From Felis catus (lineage: Eukaryota): a DNA stretch of 64,000 nucleotides. The stretch's first letter is position 1. Each line of letters begins with the position of its first letter. A program made the position numbers and the translations under genes. The notes under the pieces were generated by a model. The model was not told the DNA's origin and searched no databases. It saw only the letters and a list, made by a program, of their open reading frames with translations. Positions 22,401-34,974 of the stretch are shown here, piece after piece. The stretch spans positions 110,424,001 through 110,488,000 of the forward strand of contig NC_058368.1 in assembly GCF_018350175.1 (NCBI RefSeq). Direction: 5' to 3'.

Positions 22401-25400
22401 AGCAGAGGCCATCAGCTGAGCTCCCGGCCCTTCAGGGATGCAGTGACAATGGACTTCAGACAATTTGCATGGGCAACCAGGGGACAGGCAGAACGCTGGG
22501 GGCAGGTGGGCAAATGAGAACCAGAGTGCATGGACTCAGGCATAGGTGCCCTGTCAGGATTCACAAGGTAAGGACTTCTGAGTGACCAGTCCCTGCTCTG
22601 AGACCAGCCTGAGGGTTCTTAGCCAGTGCCACCACCAGCCTATTCTTTTGTATGAATCAGAAAATGTGCCACCACCCTTGGCAGACATAACCCACCACAC
22701 AGGTTGGTATCACAGTGTAGACCAGATTTTAGACCCCATTTGCTCCCTCAGCTGAGCACCTTTGAGCAGTGCACAGCTTGCTCCAGTGTCCAGCTGTTAA
22801 GTGAAATAACAGCTGAAATTGAAGGGCAGAGGCCCATCCACATGATACTGATACCTAATAACATGTTCACGTCTTGCCTTTCCCAAAGCTGCCACCCCCT
22901 ATCTTGTGTGGAGGGGATAAAGCAGGGATCACCAGCCTATTTAACTGATGAGGGGCCAGAACTGGGAGCCAGGCTTGCATGGCTCCCTCCCACAAGCCCT
23001 GCCACCCTTCTCAGCTCTGTCTTAAGGTGGAAGTATCAAAAATAAAAGTATCACTAAATCACTAATCACCCTGAGCCTTAGAAATGACTTGAATAGAGAT
23101 TAGGGTAGAAATATTTAAGGCTGGCATTATAACAGCTCAAGAAACATGTTAAAAATCCCTTAACAAGGGTTATTTAATCCACCTTCGCCTTAAGTTAAAT
23201 GTGTGCTGCGAAAGGAAATAGGTCACAAAATCCTATTCTCTCTGGGAGTTCCCAATCCAGGTCTGTAGGGATTCGCTCCACCACAGGATGAGCTGACCAA
23301 GATTACTGGGAGGTGTGGGGAATCGGAATAGAATCTTACTTTGACCCAAGAAGCAAGTTGAAGCCAGGTGGGTTCTTCACAAAGTGTTGCCAGGAAAACA
23401 TGGTACCCAGAGGGATCCTAAAAAATCCTCCTTTCTGGTAGGTGCCTGACCTACTAATTACCTAAAAAATCCAGGGCAGGTGTTTGCTTCACCAATTAAT
23501 TATTCAAAAAAGCCCAAAGCAGTGGGGAATTGAAGCAAAATGTTGGCAGAAAGTGCTTTTTTGGAAAATCTCTGCACACTCTCTGTGCCCATTTCTCACC
23601 GCTTCAATCTCAGAGGATATCTGCGATTTCATGAGGAAAAAAGATGTTCTGACTCCAGATTTCACTTCCTCCCATCACAGCCCAGGCATCTGATGTGTAG
23701 TCCCAGAAGCACAGGCAGAGGACGGCATGAACAGGAACAGCATGGGCAGGCGAGGGTGGCTGTGCCTCTCTGGGTCACAGGGCCGGTCATGGCTCATGGG
23801 AAGAGAGAAGCATGAAGGAAAACAAGTGTCTAGAATGGGAGCAAGAACCCCACCCCAGAGGGCTCCAAGAAGCATGGCCACCTCACTATCCCAGGCTCCC
23901 ATCATGTCAATTGGCCTCACAAACATGTTGAGCCAGGGCCCAGGACAAAAGTGTGCCTGAATAATGGTGGTCTTGTTAGTCCCTGTCTCTGGGATCCTTC
24001 CCTCCGCAGCCACAGAGCTGAGACGGGAGGCATATCTTCCCTCTGCTTGCACACATGACCATGACCTATCTATCCCAGCCATGGGCAGAAGACCACAGCC
24101 CTGGGAGTCATCCGCAGTCCTCTCCCTACCCACAGAGCTGCTCCCTCCGTGCAGGCCCCCAACTGACCACCTTTCACTTTCAGCTGTAGGAAATAGGATA
24201 CCTTCATGTCCCTGTCCCTGCAACTCCCTACTTACCAAGGGCCTTCCCATCCTTCACTGCCCTAAGGGTACCTCATCTCTATATGAAGATTATTCTGACC
24301 CAAGACCCCCCCCCCCAGCCCCCAGGGATCTCCCTCCCTCAGTGCTCATACCTACCACTCATGCCTGACCCAGGGGACCTCACCCAAGAGCTCTCTGCTC
24401 CAATCCAAGAAGGGCCCAGCGACAGGACTCAGGCCCTTGCTTCTCACTAAGACGTCTGCAGGCCCTTCAGGCTGTGAACAAGACACTATGGAAGAATTCC
24501 ATCTCACAGAAGGCAGTGCATCAATGTCAATACACAGTGTATTTTAGAACCATTTGTCATTCTAGTGGCCTGGTTATCAACTTCCCGTCTTGTAAATATA
24601 TTCCTCCAGGAGTAAGAACTGTTTCTTTTTGTTATCAAAGGAAATTGTGAAATACCAGTGTTCAATGGAACAGTTGTCAAATCTGGCTTTGGAGTGCCCC
24701 ATATAGTAGAAATTAAATGTTTTCTTCATCTAGCCATATTGAATAGCCGAGATTGCCATGGCCGGTCATTAGAGAGACAGATGCTCCCACGTTCTGTGGG
24801 GCGGCTGCAGCAAGAGGCACAAGCTCAGGAGGCAGATGGAGGGGAGGACGCGGGGATAATCATAAACAAACTGGAATTATTGACTGTCTGAGAGGTGTCG
24901 GGAAAAATAGACTGTACCTACAATAAATAGTCCTTTTACAAAATGCTTTTGGGAGATACAACAGCAATTTCTTCTTTCTCCACCCAGAGCTATCTGCAAG
25001 AGGAACGCAGACCAACTGTTTCTGCTGAAAGCTGTTCGGAGCGCAGGTGGGTTTTGGAATCTTTATCTCCCCAAGTCTAATAGGTTGGCTGCTAATGGAG
25101 TTAAACAAAGGAAGACTCACCAGCAGGTCAGTGATATGAGACTTCCTCCTCGGCTCTGCTGCTAACGGAGCCTGGGGTCTCCAGGGTGGCACAGGCTGCT
25201 GGGAGGCTGGCGGATGGTGTGCACACTCCTGAGACAGCCGGTTACCTGAGATGCCAAGCCAGGGAAAAGTCCACGTGGTCCCCAGAAAGGATGACAAAGA
25301 AGGCAGACCAGCAAAAAAGGGCTCGGGGTTACCTTTGCCTGACAGGCTAAAAACAGTCTGTCGGAACACGGTGCTTGGATGTGGGACCTCATTTTGGGTG

Positions 25401-26777
25401 AACTATTAGAGCCAGAAGGAGCATGTCCAGCTTCAGAGAGCCAAGTCATCACCTTATGATTAACTTAGCAGCATTGCAGGCTCCTAGCCAGACTCCCAGG
25501 GGGCAGAGGAAGGGCAGGAAAGGCAAGGACGCCCAGGCTGACCGCACAAGTTCTCTTAGTGACCTTCCAGCTACATCCCCCTCTCACAACCAGCTTGCCC
25601 TCCTAGCACTAGTGGAGAATATCTGAGATGCAGAGTTTTGAAAACGCTGTTCCCTTGCATATACAATTGTGACCATTTGTCACAGCTCAGGGATTGTGGG
25701 GGACAGTGGGATTGGGGGTCAGATTTGTCAGCACAGATACCCCAGAATTCCACATGGAGAAAAGCCACCCCAGCCTGTTACCAGCCAGTCAATTTCCTCT
25801 GCATCTAATTAGGTCAAGTGTGCAGTAATTTTCTCATGCTCTGAGCCCCACGCTTCCTTTCTTTGTGCAAATGTGGGCTTTCAAGAAAGAAAGGAAAAAA
25901 TAAGACCTCTCTCTCATCCACATACTGTTATGATTCTACTTAGGATGGTCCTTATGAAATAGGAAAACTGTCCTACAATGAGCCAGCATTCCTTATATAA
26001 TCAGAACAAGTAAATATGTTATAATGGCACCAAGAAAAAGGCTTCTCTGTGATTGCTTCAATACCAGAAGTCCCGGAGTGCATTATTCACTCAGTGGACC
26101 TCAGTGGAGGTGGGAAATGCAACTGATGTATGTCCCTGGGCCCCCAAACTAAAGCGGCAGCCTTCTCCCCTGTTCCCTGCTTGACATCCCATAAATGGGG
26201 ATAGAGGTCTGGAGGCCCCACTCAGCTCCTTCTAATGAACAAGTCAGACCCTAGGAAGGCCATGTGGCAACTGACAGACATAGTCACTTCTAGCCAATGA
26301 TTTAACTGTCCCCATCATTGGGGCATTTTCTCCCAACTTCCCTGACAAAAAGGAAATTGGGATCCAAGAATCCCCAGCCTCAGGCTACTCACACTGCCTG
26401 CCTCCCTCATCACATTGGCTATGCAGTGAACTGGAGAAGATTCAAAGACACTTGTGCAGAAAGCTGAGCTAAGCGGAGTGGCAACCACCACCAGAGGCTA
26501 GCACTGGGGGTGTTGGAAACCTAGGCTATAGCCAGTTGTGCCACCCAATAGCTGTTTGACCCTGGGCTCCTCCCTTCTCTCCCCTGGGCCTTTGTGTCTA
26601 CGTTTGGAGTAAGTGAGTGCATGTGTGTGGGTGTGGGTGTGTGTGGGTGTGTGTGGGTGTAAAACAATATCGAGGATCTGGATCAGATATTCTCTGGCCA
26701 TGACCCACTCCCAACTCCCTGCACAAATAGCACCAGAAAGTAAGTGAGTGCCCACTAAGCAGTGAGATACCACATAA

Positions 26778-26960
26778 TCCAATGGTTTCAGGAGTGGACT
26801 TTTTGTATTCAGGCAAACCTTAGTTCCAATTCCAGTTATGCCTCTTAACTTCTCTATGCCGCAGTTTGTCCCTCTATAAAATAGGATAAGGATGGAGAAA
26901 TGGGTGAGATGTCTGTGAAGTGTTAGCACAATGACTGCAGAGTGAGCGCTCAATGCTAGA
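26778..26960 (+). mobile_element. MIR SINE
   Basis: CTTAACTTCTCTATGCCGCAGTTTGTCCCTCTATAAAATAGGATAA...TGAAGTGTTAGCACA. Confidence 0.75.
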
Positions 26961-29069
26961 GAGTGCTGTGGAGCTGAGGCAGGAAGTCCCGCCCCCTGTG
27001 AGGACCTTCAGGGTGTCCTTACTTCCTGCTCTCAACATGGGAGGCCATTTACACAGCACACAGAGTAATCAGATGCACTTACCATTCAATCACCAAATCC
27101 TAGACAAGACAGCAAAGTGGCACCGTCTCACAGGCCTACTCATAATTTTGTAATAAATTAATGAAGAGATAAATATAAACTATCAACCTTGTATTCTGGT
27201 CATAATGAATTGTATTAAAAGAAATAATCTCCTCCAAATAGAACTGATAATGGTTAAAATTTCACACTGAAAAATTTGTTAGAGATTATGTATATATATA
27301 AAGACCAAAATGTCTTGTTAAAATTTAGATCTGCAAATATTTGTCCAGGAAAATTGGTTTTGATAGAAACAGTGGTCACAGACACAAAAATTCAGAATGT
27401 CAGAAGTTATCATGGATACAATTTGATAGGTGTATTAAATCCTTCCTGTGTAATTTACACAAAACAGAATTAAACTCTGAAAATAATTTTATTAAAATTA
27501 AAATAAAAGTAAAAATTATTAGAAACAGTTTTACTGGACAGGACAAGAAGGTGATCAAGGCATTCAATGGGCTTAATGGAATGCGCTTCAGAAAATTCAT
27601 GACACCTGCATTCATAAACATGGAATTCTGGAACCATAGTCAAAACATCTATGTGAACAGCCAGCTTCACATTCTGGGGACCAAATGCCCAGTGCCTACT
27701 AGAGAATAGTATCTTGAACCCAAAAGAATTTGCACATGCATGGAGATAGTTTGTCTGATCCTGCTCTAATTCCAGAGCTTACCATTTAAGATAGCCATAC
27801 CTGGACACCATCCACTTTTCCAGCCATCCTTCCTAACTTCCCCACTCTCCAGTCAAACCAGGTGGCTTCTTCAGCTTCGCTTACATTATCCCCCCCTTCC
27901 TGGCAGGGATTCCCATGCCCTGATTCCTACCTTTCCTTCAAGACTTAGTCCAGCTCCTCTTCCCATGCGTTTTTCATGCCCCTACAACTCATACCTGCCC
28001 CTCCTCATACGCTTCTTGCTGAAGTCACTGGTGACTTCAATGTTGCCAAATCCAGCAGAAACTCTCACTCCCATCCTTCTGGAAACCATTTCTTCCAAGT
28101 TTCCATGACTCCTTGGGCAATGAAGCTCCTTTGAGCCAAGGGAAGAAAAGGATGCAGTTGTGGACAATTATCAACCTACACCCAGGTCAGCTGAGGAAAT
28201 GAGGGCCTCCGTCCTGAGGAAGGGAGCTGGGCACTGTCCACGACATGCCTCAGATAAAACAGGCCCCATACCAAGCTCATTTGGTCCCGATGATTCTACT
28301 TTGAAAATCTGTCTTAATTGTCACTGTCCTGGTTTGAGTTATCATTGCCCCCTCACCAGATTAGTGTGCCAGCCCCTTTCCTGGTCAGCTTGGCCCATTC
28401 CACTCAGCCTCACAGAGTCATCAGTTAGCTAGCTTTTAAAAAAAAAACATATCAGATTATATTATTCCAGGCTGGAAGGAAGGAGGGGAGGAGGGAAGGA
28501 AGAAGGAAAGAAGTTACAAGACCCCATAATATCTTAGATCAGGTTTTAATGGTTCTAACTCCCTAACATATGTGGTGCTTGTGGTCAGGTAGAACAGCCT
28601 TCTTCAGGTGGCCAGCTCTTGAGCCATACTCCCAAATAGTCCTCCTTGCTTTATCCATACTCCACCATGGATAAGATGGCACATTCAAGTTACCTCCAGG
28701 TGTGTATATAATTGGCAAATTTTACCAGTAATGCTAGTAGAATGCAAAAGATAATAAGGCTTTAAGCTCATTCCACCAATGAGAAGGGAAAATAAGGCCA
28801 ATCACCCATCATGGACAGAGGGGAACTGATGAACCACTATTCCTACATGACTCCACATTTGCAGTAGGAGGAGGGAAGCTGCACACAAGAGCAGGAGGGC
28901 ATCCCTGTGTGGTGTGACAGGGGAGAAAATGCCAAGCCCTTCAACTGTACAGGTATCCCAAAATACACCACCAAACTCATAGTACCTCAACCTTCAGGAT
29001 TTTGGGGGTGGGGGAGTGGATCTTAAAGGTTGGGAGTCTGCTAAAATTTACTAAAATACACGTTTTAAA

Positions 29070-29548
29070 AATTACCACAAACTCACTGGTTTAAACAATA
29101 CAACTTTATTCTCTTAATAGTTCTGAAGGTCAGAAGAAATACATCTTAGAGAGCTAAACTCTCTAAGGGCTGGTTGAATCAGCAGGATTGGTTCCTTCCA
29201 GAAGCTCCAGGGGAAAATACACTTCCGTGCCAGCCTCTAGAGGTTGACTGCACTCCTTGGCTGGTGGCTACTTCCTCCATCTTTAAAACCAGCAAAAGAC
29301 TTCTTCTCTCTCCAGCTCTGCTCTGTCACCACATGGTCATGCAGCCTCCTCTCTGACTCCTGCCTCCTCTTATAAAGGTCCCTGTGATTATATCAGGCTC
29401 ACCAAGGTAATCCAGGATCCTGTCTCCACATTTCAAGATCCTCACCTTAATCCCACCTGCAAAGTCCCCTTTGCCAGGTGACACAGCATATTCACAAGTT
29501 CCAGGGATTAGGACAAGGACAAGTTTGGGAATCGCTTGTTCAGCCTAG
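29070..29548 (-). mobile_element. MaLR solo LTR (MLT1C/D-like)
   Basis: AATTACCACAAACT...TTTATTCTC...CTTCCTCCATCTTTAAAACCAGCAA...CTGCAAAGTCCCCTTTGCCA...CCAGGGATTAGGAC. Confidence 0.85.
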
Positions 29549-29642
29549 TTCAGTCTCCGAGAAAGAGACTAAGGCATTTGCTAATGTCTGAGACAAGACC
29601 CCTAATCTTTAAACTTGGTGATCCTTTCTCCGTGCTGCAGCC

Positions 29643-30064
29643 TGTGGTAATTTGGCCATTAGTTTCCTCCCCTCCAATTTGGGCACAGTATACTTCCCGG
29701 CCTCTGGGGTGCTGGGCTTGGTCATGTGACTTGCTTCTCCCAAGAGAAGATTAGCAGAAGTGACCTGAGCAGAGATTTTAAATAGATGAGTGAAGCTTAG
29801 CTTGATTCATGTTGTTCATAAGCCACTAGAAGAGCCCACTCTGGGTGACTCCTGTTCTCTGAGCTTGGGCCCCAGGAGAAACACACACGGAATAGAGATG
29901 AATCTAATGGAGTGCCCTCAGCCCCACCTAGCCGTGTGCAGTCTACATGAAGTGAACCACATTCAACCTGAATATTTTTGAGCCTGAGAGGGCTTGTTGT
30001 GGCCAAGCACTGAGGTTGCTGAAGTTTCGTTATAAAGCTTTATTATGGCAACAGCTAACTAACA
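29643..30064 (+). mobile_element. MaLR solo LTR (MLT1H-like)
   Basis: TGGGCTTGGTCATGTGACTTGCTT...GCAGAAGTGAC...TTATGGCAACAGCTAACTAACA. Confidence 0.75.
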
Positions 30065-31019
30065 CTCAGCCCAATCTCCTCATTTTCCTTCATCCATATT
30101 AAGAAAGGTGCCACAAGAATACCACCCTCTCCAAATAGAATTAATATATTAATAAGGGTGTTAGGTGCCTGCCACCAATGAGAACCTGAATACAAGGAAG
30201 AGCCAATCACCTACGGCGTCGGCCAGTGAGAGGTCATGGCCGCCACGACTCTCACAGGTGCATCATCAAGCCACAACACAGCCATGAAAACATCTTACCA
30301 CATCCCCTAGTGGGACCTCCATTCAGTGCTGAACTGTGATTACAGGTCTTTGTTCCTGGGAATGGAGTGTCGTCACCAGATTAGCGCCCTGCCTCTGTCC
30401 CAGTTGGCTATAAATATCATTTTTATTCCCTCTAAACATTCTAATGACCAAGAGCTGGTCCTGTGACAACAGAAGCAGCAATGAGCCTACCCCTCCACCT
30501 GCTAAACCCTGGATGCTCTCGTTATCTGCTTCACCAGCTCTTTGGACTCAGAAATGGCCCTGAACCCAACTCAGCAAAATACAAGTCTTCTTCCATCAGA
30601 CCCCATGTCCTCTCCTCCCCTCCCTGCCTGCCTCTCACACACTCTAGACCCCACCCCATATCTCAGCATACCTTAAATCTGGGCACACATCCCTGACTAA
30701 AATGTGGACTCCCTTTCTCCTGCCTGATGGGTCTCTACTTGCTTCTTCAAACTCCAGCCCCTACATCACTTCCCAAAGCTCCCTTCCCATCCTGGGTCAT
30801 AGTTCTTACTGCTTTACATGTTGACAGGGTCCTGAGCACCTTCAGGGCTCAGACTGCCTTTCCGAGATGCTTTGGACCCCACAAGGATCATGTAACAGGG
30901 TGCAAGCATAGAACAATCTTCTTGCTCATGAGGCTTCCTTTAATCATTTCTGTGTTCAGTCCACCTTTCCTGCCCCAGGAGGAAACCTCTGGCAAATCTT
31001 GTAGCTGTTTGTTGGCCAC

Positions 31020-31585
31020 CATTCATCTGCTCACAAATATTACTGAACACCTACTAAGTCCCACATTGCATCAATGCAGCAATGAACAAAACAGGCAGCA
31101 AAACACAACAAAACAACCTTGCTGCCCTCTCACAGTTTACATGCCAGGGCTTAGAAAGGCAATACACAGTGAAACAACAACATGCAATCTGGGGGTGGGA
31201 AAGGCAGCTGGGAAAGTGGGGTTATCTTCAGTCAGGTTGGGAGAGCCATGTTTGAGTCAAGACAGAAAAGAAGCAGGTTGTGCAGCTACATCAGGTAAGA
31301 GCATTCCAGGCAGAGCCAGGGCAGGTGCATGGTGCTGGGCTGAGCATGAGCCTGGACACCAGGGAGCCTGTGCGCTAGCCTTAGGGTGGGAGGGATGGCA
31401 GTAGAGAGCGTGGTAAAGAAGGGTTGTGGGGGCTGGCTCATGTGGAGCTCCGGAGACTGTCAGAGAACTATGGCTTTTACTCATAGTGAGAGGGAAGCTT
31501 CTGGAGCAGTCTGAGCAGAGGAGGGACTTGATTCAACCCACATATTAGTAGGTTCACTCCAGCCACTGAGTTAAGACATGGACAG
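31020..31585 (-). mobile_element. L2 LINE 3' region
   Basis: CAAATATTACTGAACACCTACTA...AAGAGCATTCCAGGCAGAG...GGCTTTTACTC...TGAGCAGAGGAGGGAC. Confidence 0.8.
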
Positions 31586-32239
31586 GATAATAAGTGAATA
31601 GCGTTTTTTGCCAGGTTTACAAAAAGAAAAAAACAAAACACAACAAAAAACCAGTGTGATAATAAAAACCTAAACTCATCCAATTCAAGGGCTCCCCTTT
31701 ACCTAGCCCTGGTCTGCCGTGGGAAAGGTGTTAACAGGGCCTTCTCCATACTCCAACTTGCTCCCCTCACATGCCCAGCAGACACAAAGGCCCTCCAGGT
31801 TTGAGGGGGAACAGGGGAATATAAGTTAGAGGCAGAAAAGGCACACTGTGACTTATCTCTGGTGCTGTCTGGATGAAGCAGGTCCTAAATGCTAAGTTCT
31901 TCTGTGGGGGGCAGAGTTACTTTTCTTTTTCAAAACTACCTTTGCCTATCACTGGACAGAGAAAGGATCTGTTACCTGCAGTCCTCTGGTATAACCAGTG
32001 CTTCCTCCTGCTGTCCACTTCCAGCCCCTCCCCAAGCAAGGAGTTTCTGGGAGTCTAGCCATAGGGCTGGGGTTCAGCTCACTTCTCTCAGAGAGTGCTC
32101 TTCCATGGGGCCCTCTCACACTGCCCCCATCTGACTCCCTTCCTATTATGGGCGACCTCTGCCCCAACAATCTCCAGAAGCTCCAGCCCTTCCTCCAGGC
32201 AACCCCCTCCTTGACAAGTCCTGAACAGATGGTCTAACA

Positions 32240-32560
32240 CAGTGCTGTTCACAAGAAATATAATGTGGGCCTTGCATACAATTTAAAATTTTCTAACAGC
32301 CACCTTCAAAATGTAAAAAGAAACAGGTGAAACTAATTTTAATAATTTATTTTATGTACCTAGCTCCACAGAGCTAAGATACCATTTCAATGTGTAATCA
32401 ATATAAAAATTTCTAGTAGGATCATTTATAGCCATTTTTCTCATACTAAGGTTCCAGAATCCAGTGTATTTTACACTCACAGTGCCTGTCAGTTTGGACT
32501 AACTGTATTCAGTGTTCAGCAGCCACATTCGCTGGATGGCTACCATACTGGATGGTGCAG
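32240..32560. mobile_element. hAT-Charlie MITE (MER33-like), full length
   Basis: AATTTAAAATTTTCTAACAGCCAC...AAAAGAAACAGGTGAAACTAATTTTAATAAT...GGCTACCATACTGGA; 8-bp TSD GTCTAAC(A/C). Confidence 0.85.
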
Positions 32561-33179
32561 GTCTAACCCTGGCTTCAGAACATGAGGTTGGCACTAAGGT
32601 TTTTATTCTCCACCTCTGGCAGCCTTAGCTAAACGCAGAGAAAAGAGGAAAACACACCTTGTGCGACACATCTTTGCTGAGCTAACTGAGCCTGGTGGCC
32701 CCACCCTTGGGAAGCACCCAGAACAGTGGGGAGGATGGTTGAGGGTGCCCTGAGCCTTCCCTGAGTTGAAGGAATTGGTAAACACAGAACGTGGTGTGCA
32801 AGGCAGTAGAGACCTCAGACAGAGATGCCCAGGGCTCTAGTTGATTCAGGGAAGCATCATTTGCATGATTTTCACATACATCTGAATGTTGAAGTCAAGA
32901 GGTGGTAACTCCACGTGTGTACAACTTAAAATAAAGCTAACTAATTTGTACAGCATACAAGGGATTTCAAATCCAAGGGCTTGACACATCAGAAAGGCAG
33001 ATGAATCTCACTGTTATGGAATGAGGGCATCCGGGAGCTCTGTCAGAGCTGATAAAGCATCTCATTAGGTGGACTGTGGGCATATCCTCTTAAAACACAG
33101 TTTGGTTACTCCAAGTCAAAGAAGTCAATAAAGATGATGCTTGACTTTATTTTCTCCTTTGATTATTAGTAAAAACAAA

Positions 33180-33335
33180 AGCTATAAATATTATGACGTG
33201 CTTACCATATATCAGGCACTGCACTGAACTCTACATGGATTCTCTGATTCCATCCTCATAACCCACCCACTGAGGCATGTACTATTATTATCCCCATTTT
33301 GCAGACAAGGCTGCTGAGATTCAGAGAATTTAACC
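33180..33335 (-). mobile_element. MIR SINE
   Basis: TACTATTATTATCCCCATTTTGCAGACAAGG...TGAGATTCAGAGA. Confidence 0.8.
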
Positions 33336-33484
33336 CAGGCAGGCTAAGAATCAGTGTATCACTGACTTCACCCATTTTTAGTTACTGTTAAAGTAGTCTT
33401 ATCATCAACAATCAGGTAGAAAGGAATGAGCATGTGCTACATTTGTAAATATCACATATTACTGGACCCTATTGTTGGACTTTT

Positions 33485-33709
33485 TTTAATTAACCCAATA
33501 AAACTAAGATATTACCATCTCAATGTGTGAGCAATATAAAAATTTGCCAATGAGATATTTTACAACTGGTTTCCTCATACTACATCTCTGGAATCCAGTG
33601 TGCATTTTAAACTTATACTTGATACTTACAGTGTCTCTCAGACTGGACTAGTCACATTCACTGCTCAGGAGCCATGTGTGGCTGGTGGCTATTGTACTAG
33701 ACAACACAG
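33485..33709. mobile_element. Second, partial MER33-like copy
   Basis: CAATATAAAAATTT...GAGATATTTTACA...AATCCAGTGTGCATTTTA...GGCTGGTGGCTATTGTACTAGACA. Confidence 0.8.
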
Positions 33710-33912
33710 GTCTAACCCCTGGATTTAGAATATGAGGTACTTGGCAGCTAAGGTCTTATTCTCCACCTCTGGGGCCTTACCTAAACTCCTCTCCCATGAC
33801 AGTGCAGTTAAGTGTCAACCAGGACTGTGGTCACCTAAAGACTTGGCTGCAGCTGGAGGACCCATTTCGAAGATGGCTACCTCATGTGTCTGGCAAGTTG
33901 ATGGTGCCTTTA

Positions 33913-34128
33913 AATTTTCTTTTTTCAACGTTTATTTATTTTTGGGACAGAGAGAGACAGAGCATGAATGGGGGAGGGGCAGAGAGAGAGGGAGACACAG
34001 GATCGGAAACAGGCTCCAGGCTCTGAGCCATCAGCCCAGAGCCCGACGCGGGGCTCGAACTCAAGGACTGCAAGATCGTGACCTGGCTGAAGTCGGACGC
34101 TTAACCGACTGTGCCACCCAGGCGCCCC
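33913..34128 (-). mobile_element. Young felid-type CanSINE subfamily
   Basis: Diagnostic TTTGGGACAG, GAGCCATCAGCCCAGAGCC, ACCTGGCTGAAGTCGG; TSD TTGATGGTGCCTTT (33898-33911, 34129-34142). Confidence 0.97.
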
Positions 34129-34429
34129 TTGATGGTGCCTTTAGATAGGAGGCCTCAGTTCCTCTCCATGTGGTTTTCACTACTTATTCAGAAGGCTGCT
34201 GGTATGTCCTCACAACATGGCAGCTAACTTTCCCAGGAGGAAACCATTTCAGAGAGTAAAAATTTCAATGTCTTTTCTGGTCAAGAGTTGGAAGGCACAT
34301 GTCATCACCTGTTACTTCTGCCATTCTGTTCTTTACCAGTGGATCACTAAGTTCAGCCTACATTTTAGAGGTTGGGACTCAGCCTCCACCTTTTGGGGAA
34401 AAAGAAGTGACAAAGAATGTGCAGGTATA

Positions 34430-34938
34430 GTTTATTTTATTTTATTTTTATTTTTAGTTATTTATTTTTCACTTCCAAGATTTTATTTAAATTCAAGTTA
34501 GTTACCATGTAGTGTAGTACTGGTTTCAGGAGTAGAATTCAGTGATTCGTGACTTGTATACAACACCCAGTGCTCATCACAAGGCCCTCCTTGATGCCCA
34601 TCACCCATTTAGCCCATTGCCCCACCCTCCTCCCCTCTAGAAACCCTCAGTTTGTTCTCTATAATTACGAGTCTCTTATGGTTTGTCTCCCTCTGTTTTC
34701 ATCTTATTTTATTTTTCCTTCCCTTCCCCTATCTTCCTTTGCTTTGTTTCTTAAATTCCACATATGAGTGAAATCATATGGAATTTGTCCTTCTCTAACT
34801 TAATTCACTGAACATAAAACATTCTAGCTTCATCCACATTGTTGCAAATGGTAAGATTTCATTCTTTTGATGGCTGAGTAATATTTCATTGGATGTGTAT
34901 TTGGGCTCTTTCCATAATTTGGCTATTGTCGACAGTGC
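34430..34938 (-). mobile_element. 5'-truncated carnivore L1 3' end
   Basis: CAACACCCAGTGCTCATCACAA...TTAAATTCCACATATGAGTGAAATCATATGG...CATCCACATTGTTGCAAATGG; perfect TSD TGTGCAGGTATA (34418-34429, 34939-34950). Confidence 0.93.
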
Positions 34939-34974
34939 TGTGCAGGTATATTTTAAAACCATGGCATACTCTAA

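Larger units (their letters stand above)
33787..34965 (-). mobile_element. MaLR LTR (MLT1F-like), interrupted by a SINE and an L1
   Basis: AAGATGGCTACCTCATGTGTCTGGCAAGTTG...GGAGGCCTCAGTTCCTCTCCATGTGG...CCTCACAACATGGCAGCT...TATTTTAAAACCA. Confidence 0.8.

Noticed and set aside
23675..24368. ORFs 23675..24250 and 23964..24368
   Set aside because: No recognisable domain, mutually antisense overlap, and no convincing exon structure.
30727..31404. 225-aa ORF
   Set aside because: Runs antisense through a decayed L2 element; no domain.
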